From assembly GCA_963849615.1 (NCBI GenBank), contig CAWKIC010000010.1, positions 13,396 to 77,395 of the forward strand: a stretch of 64,000 nucleotides of DNA. The letters run 5' to 3'. Numbering within the stretch: position 1 is the first letter of the stretch; the number at the start of each line of letters is the position of its first letter. The translations under genes and the position numbers were made by a program. Below are positions 1-8,762 of this stretch, one piece after another. Origin of the DNA: an uncultured Bacteroidales bacterium (GTDB taxonomy: Bacteria; Bacteroidota; Bacteroidia; Bacteroidales; VadinHA17). The notes below the pieces were generated by a model, which worked only from the letters and a program-made list of their open reading frames with translations, was not told the origin of the DNA and searched no databases.

Positions 1-437
1 TTCAATACGTGATTCCGGAATACGGCAGTCAGGGATATTTTGTCGGCGGGAAAGTATACAGACCAATAGTTGACACACTTATATCGAGGTTTGTTATTAC
101 ATATGATGAGAAAGGCAATTATACCAGGTTGGAATATTTCAATTTCAAAAATCAAAAGGGCAGCTACCAGGTTTTTAGATTAAATGAGCCTGGGAAAGTT
201 ATTGAAACAAAATTCTTCACTAAAGATGATACGTTAGTTCAAACTTTTGTGAATACTTTTAGTGATAAGGGTTTTTTAACAACTCAGAAGGTCTATATTG
301 AAAAACCCAGCAGTACTACTTCGTGGGATGTGCAGGATCTGGAGTTTGATGACCATGGCAATGTTTTACTGATATTTAGCAGTATAGATGAAGGGAAATT
401 CAAGCTGGTTGCTGAAAGGACTTATCTTTATTATTAA
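1..437 (+). CDS. hypothetical protein, C-terminal fragment (5' end outside window)
   Basis: The frame is open from the window edge (phase of nt 3) to the stop at 435-437. I recognised no family motif. Confidence 0.45.
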   Translation, partial: QYVIPEYGSQGYFVGGKVYRPIVDTLISRFVITYDEKGNYTRLEYFNFKNQKGSYQVFRLNEPGKVIETKFFTKDDTLVQTFVNTFSDKGFLTTQKVYIEKPSSTTSWDVQDLEFDDHGNVLLIFSSIDEGKFKLVAERTYLYY

Positions 438-788
438 AATCTGATTTCCGACATATAAGCCAGAATGAAGATTAGAATCTTTCCTATATTTTGATACTGA
501 CGGCATTTCCTTCTTTAAGCCCACACAAAAGATCTCATCTTTGAGGATCACATGATCGTGGTGGTAGCATATTCAATTTCTGTTACTTCACTAATATTTC
601 TAATGGGGGATTCAAAAGCTTTAATAAGGGTCAACTGATTCAGTCTACTCTTAAGTTCAGAAATGATCTGATCTACAGATATCATTTCAGAGTCCTGAAT
701 TAGGAGTTCTTGCTTAAATTTTGAGTACCCATAATAAAAGAAACCGCCTGAGCGCTATTCGCTCCCGCTCTCACTCCCGCTCTTTTTA

Positions 789-1687
789 TGCTCCCCAGGT
801 AAGACTCGAACTTACGACCCACGGATTAATCCCGAGTCCTCGGGATTGCTCTAACCAGAATGTTATCCAATAAGTCCTTAATAAACTCCTTATTATTCTT
901 TTCATTAACTATCCTCCAAAGAAACTCAATACTTTTTTGGGCCTTTAAGAACCGCTCAACTCTCATGGCATCTCCCCGTCTTTCTGAAATCTCAATTGAT
1001 ATCAGGAGTTTCCAGGGCCTGAATTTTGAAGTATATTTCATTTCGGGAGAAGTATTGTGTTCAATTAAACGCCTGTCCGGGTCATTGGAATGACCAACAT
1101 AGAATTTATCAAATCGCTCTGAGAAAAGAATATATACGTAAAACACGGCAGCGAAAAAAGTAGATAAAAATAATTATCTTCTGTTGGTGCTCCCCAGGTA
1201 AGACTCGAACTTACGACCCACGGATTAATCCCGAGTCCTCGGGATTGCTCTAACCAGAATGTTATCCAACAAGTCCTTTCTAACCAGAAATACGGCAGCG
1301 AAAAAAAGTAGATAAAATAATTATCTCCGTTAGTGCTCCCCAGGTAAGACTCGAACTTACGACCCACGGATTAATCCCGAGTCCTCGGGATTGCTCTAAC
1401 CAAAATAAATTATCTCCGTTGGTGCTCCCCAGGTAAGACTCGAACTTACGACCCACGGATTAATCCCGAGTCCTCGGGATTGCTCTAACCAAAATAAATT
1501 ATCTCCGTTGGTGCTCCCCAGGTAAGACTCGAACTTACGACCCACGGATTAATCCCGAGTCCTCGGGATTGCTCTAACCAAAATAAATTATCTCCGTTGG
1601 TGCTCCCCAGGTAAGACTCGAACTTACGACCCACGGATTAATCCCGAGTCCTCGGGATTGCTCTAACCAAAATAAATTATCTCCTTT
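789..1687 (-). repeat. tandem array of tRNA-Asn 3'-portion pseudo-copies (6 units)
   Basis: The core gctccccaggtaagactcgaacttacgacccacggattaatcccgagtcctcgggattgctctaacca recurs at 789-857 and 1186-1256. It then recurs as four 89-bp units starting at 1332, 1421, 1510 and 1599. The units share the T-arm, acceptor 3' strand and D-loop segment with the true tRNA at 1692-1765 but lack its 5' end. Confidence 0.9.
826..1146 (-). CDS. GIY-YIG nuclease family protein (small, UPF0213-like)
   Basis: 106-aa ORF. The N-terminus FYVYILFS..FYVGHSNDPDRRLIEHN fits the GIY-YIG motif pair plus the conserved R/E/N. It has a GTG start with no in-frame ATG upstream. The last 10 codons (LVRAIPRTRD) and the stop lie inside the tRNA-like repeat. 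Confidence 0.8.
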   Translation of the reverse strand: MFYVYILFSERFDKFYVGHSNDPDRRLIEHNTSPEMKYTSKFRPWKLLISIEISERRGDAMRVERFLKAQKSIEFLWRIVNEKNNKEFIKDLLDNILVRAIPRTRD

Positions 1688-1691
1688 GGTG

Positions 1692-1765
1692 CTCCCCAGG
1701 TAAGACTCGAACTTACGACCCACGGATTAACAGTCCGTTGCTCTAACCAACTGAGCTACTGAGGA
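1692..1765 (-). tRNA. tRNA-Asn (anticodon GTT)
   Basis: The reverse complement TCCTCAGTAGCTCAGTTGGTTAGAGCAACGGACTGTTAATCCGTGGGTCGTAAGTTCGAGTCTTACCTGGGGAG folds as a cloverleaf. Acceptor stem is TCCTCAG/CTGGGGA, D arm GCTC..GAGC, anticodon stem ACGGA/TCCGT with loop CTGTTAA, and T arm GTAAG-TTCGAGT-CTTAC. The discriminator is G, and CCA is not encoded in register. Confidence 0.9.
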
Positions 1766-1860
1766 ATTTATCTGTTCCTACTCTAATTTGCTTTATTTAA
1801 GCGTGCCAAAAGTAAGGGCTTTTAGTGAATTAAGCAATATCTTTAAAGAAATTTTTTGAA

Positions 1861-2851
1861 ATGAAAAGGATCCTGGGAATCGGTAATGCCCTGGTTGATA
1901 TTCTGACACTTATTGAGGATGATAATGCTGCTGAGGAATTTTGAGCTTCCTAAAGGGAGCATGCAACTTGTTGACAGCGAAAAATCGCGGCTGGTAAATG
2001 AAGGTACAAATCATTTCACCAGAACATGGTCATCAGGCGGATCAGCAGCCAATACGATCCATGGGCTGGCGATGCTTGAAGCGGATACCGGATTTATTGG
2101 TTCGATTGGCAGAGATGAAACCGGAGATTTTTTTGAAAGAGATATGAAAAGCGCCGGAGTTAATACTTTACTGTTCCGGAGAAATTCGGCCACCGGAACA
2201 GCAATTGCCCTTATTACTCCTGATTCTGAAAGAACATTTGCAACTCATCTTGGCGCGGCCGTGGAACTTGGAGGCTGAAGAGCTTAATCCGATGCTCTTT
2301 GACGGTTATGATATCCTTTACCTTGAAGGATATCTAATAAGCAACTTTCCGCTGATTGAAGCTGCATGCCAGATTGCAAAGGGAATAGGGATGCTTGTTG
2401 TCCTTGACCTGGCAAGTTATAATGTGGTTGAATCAAATCTGGGTTCCTTTAAAAATATAGTAAACAACTACGTCGATATACTATTTTGCAAACGAACAGG
2501 AAGCAAGGGCTTATACCGGGCTTTGATCCGGATCAGGCTTTTCCTGTCCTTTCAGAAGCTTGTGAAGTTGTAATCCTGAAATTAGGGGCTGAAGGCTCAT
2601 GGATCAGGAAGGGAGAGGAGATGATTAAAATAAGTGCTTTACCTGTTAAATGCAATGATACCACGGGAGCGGGAGACCTTTATGCTGCAGGATTTCCTGT
2701 ATGGCTTTGCAAGGGACTCAACCTGGAAACATGCGGAATTATTGGCTCATTTATGGCAGGAAAAGTAATTGAGATTATAGGTGCACGAATGAACAGGGAG
2801 CAATTTGCCGAAATTAAAAAATATATAATAAATCTGGCAGACGATCATTAG
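1861..2851 (+). pseudogene. PfkB-family carbohydrate/adenosine kinase, at least 3 frame disruptions
   Basis: The homologous reading passes through four frames: MKRILGIGNALVDIL.., ..GGSAANTIHGLA.., ..YDILYLEGYL.., and ..NDTTGAGDLYAAGF (the PfkB signature). The first break near 1927 fits a single extra base. Confidence 0.8.
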
Positions 2852-2854
2852 ACC

Positions 2855-4111
2855 TCAAATAACTGCTTTCCTTACCTTATACCCGCTTATTCCGTAATAT
2901 ACGATAAAGGCAAAGCAGACAAGCGGCACTATAAATCCGAGCGCCATTGAGGAAACATCAGCGATCCGTCCCATAAGTACCGGAATAAGCGCCCCACCCA
3001 CTATCGACATCACAAGGATCGAAGATCCCTTCTTGGTAAGCGGACCCAGTCCTTTTATCCCGAGGGCAAAGATCGTCGGGAACATAACAGACATGAAGAA
3101 ATAGGTTGAGAACAGGGAAACCACCGAAGTCCAGCCCAATCCAGCCACCACAAGGGACATCGTTACGACATTTACTATTGCATAGAAGGCAAGAAGCCTG
3201 TTGGGACGCACTATCCTCATAAAAACAGTGCTGCCCGTAAACCTTCCTAGCCAGAATAGTCCCATTCCTCCGAATCCGAGTATCTGTGCAGCCTGCTGGT
3301 TGGTCAATGTGGGTATTTCTTCAGTTACGTAGTTTATGAAAAAGCTGTTTACCCCTGTCTGTGCCGCAACATAAAGGAACTGGGCAACGACCGCAAGAAC
3401 AAAATGAGGGTACTTTAAAAGATCCCTTAGCCTGCCTGCTGATTCATCCTCCTTCTCATGCTCCTCTTCCTTTATCGCAGGAAATTTTATCCGCCAGAAT
3501 AAGAGGGCAACAATAAGAACAAGCGTCCCAATCAGCATATACGGGAGAGCTATTGAAGCAAACCTGTTGGTATTGACGTTTTCAGAAAAAATCAGCATGC
3601 CTCCTACAAGAGGCCCAGCAATCCATCCCAGGCCATTAAACGATTGTGAAAAGTTAATTCTTCTTTCTCCGAATTCAGGGGGACCGAGAACGGTTGTGTA
3701 CGGATTGGCAGCTGTTTCAAGGCAGGTGAGCCCGCAGGCAATAACAAAAAGGCAGAACAGAAAACTACCGAAAGTCTGTACAAGTGTTGCAGGCAGCATA
3801 AGAAATGCCCCCCCGGCAAAAACAAGCAATCCAAAAATAATTCCTTTCTTGTAACCAAACTTTTGCATCAGCAATCCGGCCGGAATTGCCATAAAGAAAT
3901 AACCGCCGTAAAATACAAACTGGACAAATGCTGATTTCGCCTTTGACATGTTAAGCAGTTCCTGGAAATGTTTATTCAGAACATCAAGGCATCCATGAGC
4001 AAATCCCCATAGGAAGAATAGGCTTGTAATAAGTATAAAGGGTACAAGAAATCCCTCGTAAACAAGCTTTTGCCTGTTACCGTTGGCGGTCAGGTTATTA
4101 TTCATAATCAA
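2855..4111 (-). CDS. MFS sugar transporter, L-fucose:H+ symporter (FucP) / glucose-galactose transporter family
   Basis: Intact 418-aa ORF. CLETAANPYTTVLGP and FPTIFALGIKGLGPLTKKGSS..VGGALIPVLMG closely parallel E. coli FucP motifs. Confidence 0.85.
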   Translation of the reverse strand: MIMNNNLTANGNRQKLVYEGFLVPFILITSLFFLWGFAHGCLDVLNKHFQELLNMSKAKSAFVQFVFYGGYFFMAIPAGLLMQKFGYKKGIIFGLLVFAGGAFLMLPATLVQTFGSFLFCLFVIACGLTCLETAANPYTTVLGPPEFGERRINFSQSFNGLGWIAGPLVGGMLIFSENVNTNRFASIALPYMLIGTLVLIVALLFWRIKFPAIKEEEHEKEDESAGRLRDLLKYPHFVLAVVAQFLYVAAQTGVNSFFINYVTEEIPTLTNQQAAQILGFGGMGLFWLGRFTGSTVFMRIVRPNRLLAFYAIVNVVTMSLVVAGLGWTSVVSLFSTYFFMSVMFPTIFALGIKGLGPLTKKGSSILVMSIVGGALIPVLMGRIADVSSMALGFIVPLVCFAFIVYYGISGYKVRKAVI

Positions 4112-4228
4112 TCTGGTTTAGAAATTACAAGATTGTTATGATTTAGGACTTTTCCAAGCTTTTTTCTGAAATTAAATCCTCAGTGTACATCTTTGTACCA
4201 ATAGGAAAAAAGCCGAAATCCATGATGA

Positions 4229-4393
4229 CCTGCTGGCGCCGATTTGCAATCGGGGCCCATAAAAAAGGCACGAATTACAACCGAGCAAAAGGCACGGATT
4301 GCAACCGAGCAAAAGGCACGGATTGCAAATCCGCGCCAGCGGTTTAGAGGGTCATCTTTTGCGAGCTTGCCGAAGGCAAATCCGTGCCAGCGG
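4229..4393. repeat. intergenic repeat cluster, family GGCACGGATTGCAA / GCAAATCCGYGCCAGCGG
   Basis: There are 2.5 tandem 24-bp copies (ggcacgRattRcaaccgagcaaaa at 4267, 4291 and 4315). They are flanked by inverted ctgctggcgccgatttgc and gcaaatccgcgccagcgg. Related copies lie at 25147-25196 and 59249-59350. Confidence 0.8.
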
Positions 4394-4467
4394 TGAGTTC
4401 CACGGAGGATTGACTGAGATCCACAGAGAATAATTCTAAACGAATGATTCCACAACGGGGAACCTTC

Positions 4468-5248
4468 CTAAAGCTTGTGAATATTAAGCCCGCCGCTGAT
4501 CTCGAATACCATTCCGGTTGAGAAATCCCAGTCACCGCGGGCGATTGATGCAACTGCTTTCCCGATGTCTTCAGGTAATCCCCATCTGTTTTGGGGAACG
4601 AATCCTTGTGAAATCATCCTGTCATATTTGTCTCTGACCTTGATTGTCATGTCGGTCTGGACAATGCCGGGACGAACTTCAAAAACAAGGATGTCTTCGC
4701 CTTGAGAGCCTGTCGGCAAAGACTGTGGAGACCATGCTCAACCCGGCCTTTGAAACACAGTATTCCAACCTGTTAGTTGAGCTTAAAACTGCCGATACAG
4801 ATGATACGAAAATAATAACAGGTTTATATTGGGATATCTGGTCTTTCATCCAGATCATCTCCTTTGCTATTTTCTGGGCAAAGAACATAGGACCCTTAAG
4901 ATTTATGTTCATCACCCTGTCGTAGCTTTCTTCCGTCATCTCAAGCACATCGCGTCGCTGAAGCGGAGCAACGCCGGCATTATTGACAAGAAAATCAATC
5001 CGGCCGTATCTGTCCAGGATGTTTGAGACTACCTCTTTATGACATGCGGTGCAGGAAATATCAAGACCCACCGGAAAAAACTGGGCGCCTCTTTTTCGAT
5101 CTTCAGGACCAAGGATTTCCATTCCCTCACTATCGACCGACCGTGCAATAGCAGCTATATCATATCCTTCACCTGCAAGGGCTATTGTTATTGCCCTGCC
5201 AATTCCTCTGCTGGCCCCTGTGATAACGGCAACAGGTTTCCCGTTCAT
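4468..5248 (-). CDS. SDR-family oxidoreductase (one frame disruption near 4700)
   Basis: The N-terminal part has VITGASRGIG and YCVSKAG (YxxxK). The C-terminal part (..VRPGIVQTDM..) continues in another frame. Confidence 0.8.
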
Positions 5249-5311
5249 TCCGAAAAGCTTTTATCAGGTTTATAGAAGTCGGGGTAAAGGTAGTAATTTG
5301 TGCTGACTTCT

Positions 5312-7307
5312 TCAAATCTGCAGGTATTTATCTTCCAGATAATCTTTCCATACCTTCTCAAACCAGAGATCCTGATCAGGTATCTCCCTTACTTTTACAA
5401 GATTATGAACGAATTTCCCGTTTAGAAATCTGAGCTCCAATATGTCCGATTCAACACTTCTGTCATAGCTGCACAAGTTGATTAGCTGAACCCGGAGAAT
5501 CAGCATCTATTCTAAAATTTTCGCCGTCAGCAACCAGGTAAGAGCCCCTGCTTCTTCCTCCTTTTTCAATATACGTTTTTATTGCTTCAAGATAGGCTGT
5601 ATGAGCCAGACAGTTATCATAGATCCTGAAGCACCCGGCAAGATCCTGGACAGATGATGCCCCGAGATCTGGAAAGCTGTTTAAAAGGGAATGCGCTTCC
5701 TCAAGCGCTTTTCCAGACTCTGTCTCCGGAACGAATAATGCCCGCATTGTCTGTCATTCGCTTCCTGATCTCTCCGGTGATTTTTTTATTCATTTGCGAT
5801 TTACCCCGTGCAAAAAACTGGAAGCAATCTGAATAACATTTTCAGTTTCCTCATGCGCCAGGGCCAGGAATTCTTTTTTCCCGGAAGGAGGGTCTGTATA
5901 TCTCCGGGAAATAAACTGAGCTGCCCTGTAACTTCCCACCTGTCCGGAGTTCAGTGCTGCTCCGCCTGGTCTGTAGACTCCGTGTGATCCATTCACTTCA
6001 CCGACGGGGAAAAGATGCCTGAGATCAGATTCCCACCAGATGTTACCTTTAAGACCTCCGTTATTATGCTGTGCACAAATCCCTATCTCTACGGGTTGAG
6101 TGGCTAGGTCAATACCATGTTCCATGTAAAGATCAACAGCAGGAGCATTCATTGCTCTAAGTCTTTCAAAGGGTGTATCAAGCAGTGCACCTGACTTTGC
6201 AAGATACTTGTAAACTTCTTCCTCAAGATTTAAAGTTGAAAATGTGTCTTCACCGTCCCATGATACATTTCGTGTAAAATCGAGGAACACTCTTCGTCCT
6301 TTTTCTTCCTTCTCCCTGTAAACAAGCAGATCGATAAGGGAAGAACCATGATCCCGAAATTTTTTCAGTATCAAATGGCCATTGGTAACCCTTTAAAAAT
6401 ATTGCCCTGGAAAGCCTTTTATAATCGGGGAAATATTCATTCAGAAATTCTTTTTCGTCTTTTCCGTTCTTATCAGTCGAAAAATACCTTGGGATTGCCT
6501 GCTGATAGCTTCCTGAAAGGTTCCATCTGAACTTCAGCGATGCAATTCCGAATTGCGATTCCGTCAGGTTCTGTCCGGACGCTCCTGCCCTGAATGCCAT
6601 GCCAATCGAACATCGCTGCGAAAGCGGATAGACACTTGAAGAATACAGGTCTCCCGGGCCGCCGGTGCCAAGAACAATGTTTGTCGCATTAAACAGGACA
6701 AAGGCCTTTTGAGGAACCTTTTCCCTGGTGTCCAGCGCAACTGCCCCAATAACGCGGGACCGTGTATTATCTGTCAGGAGGGCAATGACACTGATGATGA
6801 TCGAGGACTCTTATCTTTTGTCTTTTTACTTCTCCGGAAAGAGCCCTGAACATCATTCTCTGAAGTCCATGGACCCGATGAAGTTGCTCTTGCATGTGGA
6901 TCATTGTCGGTCTTATATCCGACCCAGACCCGTATTTATCATGTGGAAACGGAACTCCAAGATTAACCAGCTTCATGAAAGCCTGACACCGAACCCTGTG
7001 CTTCGCATAGTGCAATGTCGCCATGCATGCACCTGCCGTTAAAGAGGTCCCTTGCCATCATTCTTGCTGAATCGGGCTCATCGCCGCTGAGTGAAAGCTT
7101 GTAATATGTCTGTTTATCCGATCCGGCATTGTTTGAGGTACCTGCACCCCATCCTGAGGTAGCGATCAGGATATTATCCTGTCCCAATGCCCTGAGACTG
7201 ACTGCAGCATTAAGCGAGGCTGCACCGCTGCCTATTACCAGCGTATTTATGCTGTAGTACCTGACCAGGAAATCATCGATCTGTATTAAATCACTTTCCA
7301 TCTGCAA
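5312..7307 (-). pseudogene. FAD-binding flavoprotein (fumarate reductase / succinate dehydrogenase / L-aspartate oxidase-like), at least 6 frame disruptions
   Basis: The N-terminus has VIGSGAASLNAAV..GAGTSNNAGSDKQ (dinucleotide fold). Colinear pieces occur in ORFs 6963-7307, 6767-7024, 6564-6749, 6250-6600, 5790-6374, 5463-5747 and 5312-5506. Confidence 0.65.
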
Positions 7308-8599
7308 TGAGTTTTTTCAGTTCCTTCCCGTAGATTTCCCTGTCACGGATCACACATCCTCCGGGACGCAGATTCCTTATCAATCTGGTACACCCTGAAC
7401 ATGTGATGCAGATCTTCGACGGATCGGCCTTCCCTGTCCTGATCAGATCCAGCGGCATCGACGGATATGCAAAGGAATTCCTCCCGAATCCTATAAATGA
7501 TGCATCCCCGTTGGCAATGACCGCAGCCCCCACATTGGGGGCATACTGCCGAAGGTAGGAATAGGCAGAACCTACTGTCAGAATTTCCGGGAACTTTTTC
7601 TGAAACAATGATGTGCTTTTTATCATCCTCATAATTCCCTGAAGGGGATGTTCATCCGGAACTACTGAGACCGGGCAGCGGATTATCATATGGGCGGGCA
7701 ACATGCGGATTATAGTAGGGGCTGCCCATGCTTATATTCAGTAATTCCAGTCCCCTTGAGCTTAATTGTTCAACAAGCAACTGCGGCTCGGTGAAATCAG
7801 GCTGACCATTTGCATCGACACCAAAACCACCGGTATAAAGATCCGAAATATTCAGCCGTGCAGTAATTTTTATCCCCACCTCATCTTTTATCCTGTCAAA
7901 AGTTTCGAGTAAAAACCTGAACCTTGATGCAGTGTCTTCACCTCCATAAATGCTTTTCTCCCTGGATTTTGCTGCCAGAAGATCAATCATAAGGTATCCG
8001 TGACATGCTTTAAGGTCAACGGCATTAAATCCTGATCTGAATGCCAGCTTTGAAGCCGAGACAAACTGGTCCTGTATCCTCTTCAGGTCATCGTCAGTCA
8101 GCACATATGGTTGTATCGTGTCAAGTAGCGGATTGGAGCAGGCGACCTGAGGTAAGGCTTTCCCATCCGGTTTGCTGTATCGTCCGGAATGAGTCAGCTG
8201 GACAACAAACATTGGTTCACCATACAATCCTGCTGCAGATTTTCTCAGTTCATCAATAAGATAAGAATACTTTGAGGCATTTTTCCTGTGTATCCAAAGC
8301 TGATGCGGGTTTGACCGTCCTTCGCGGGTTACGGATACCGCTTCAAACCAGATCATACCGCTGCATCCTGCAATATACCTGTGATAACGTCTTGCGGTAA
8401 GTTCTGACGGCGATCCGTCACCTTCTGAATCATAACCCTCCATAGGCTGAACTACCAGACGGTTACTAATTGTTAAACCCGACAACGACGCCGGCTTCAG
8501 CAATGGAGTTATGTCATCAGAGTAAGGCAGGTCAAAACCCAGATCTCCTGCCTTCTGAAGCAGATCATATTTGGATTTATATTTAAACCGTTCGTGCAT
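7291..8599 (-). CDS. NADH:flavin oxidoreductase (OYE / 2,4-dienoyl-CoA reductase-like) with C-terminal Cys cluster (one frame disruption near 7680)
   Basis: TIM-barrel OYE motifs are present (..GFNAVDLKACHGYLMIDLL..). The downstream piece carries CITCSGCTRLIRNLRPGGC. Confidence 0.75.
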
Positions 8600-8633
8600 T
8601 AGCAGTCGAAAAACATTGTCAGAACTGTAAAAA

Positions 8634-8676
8634 GGTCCTTTGTGAACCTTTGTGAGAACCTTTGGGTCCTTAGTGG
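8634..8676. repeat. heptamer repeat (CTTTGTG / CTTAGTG family), partial
   Basis: The sequence ggtcctttgtgaacctttgtgagaacctttgggtccttagtgg uses the same heptamer vocabulary as the repeats at 34989, 35624, 50461, 51982 and 53597. Confidence 0.7.
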
Positions 8677-8762
8677 CTTAAAAATAAATCCTTTTAAACA
8701 AAAATGATCAAAAGGCCAAACACAAAGGCAAATAAAAGGTTTTATGCCTCATGCTACATTTG

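Noticed and set aside
366-685. Possible toxin-antitoxin-like pair on the minus strand: a 45-aa ORF at 548-685 with ATGTGA-type overlap to ORF 366-551.
   Set aside because: Neither peptide shows a recognisable TA-family motif. The downstream ORF needs a GTG start and overlaps the 3' end of the + strand CDS (1-437). The evidence is too thin to call.
789-1765. Possible CRISPR array, given regularly spaced ~89-bp repeats.
   Set aside because: The units are contiguous and essentially identical over their whole length, so there are no unique spacers. The repeat is derived from the adjacent tRNA-Asn gene, and no cas genes are present.
1-1860. Prophage or genomic island integrated at tRNA-Asn, with the duplicated tRNA 3' ends serving as attL/attR.
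   Set aside because: No integrase, excisionase or phage-like ORF is visible on either side within the window. The duplicated segments are head-to-tail with only 20-nt spacers, so they do not flank an island. I kept integration-related amplification only as one hypothesis in the findings.
4180-4553. ORFs 4180-4455 and 4344-4553 (minus strand).
   Set aside because: They are translated straight through the tandem and inverted repeat cluster, which produces repeated peptide IRAFCSV. They have no start context and no homology-like features.
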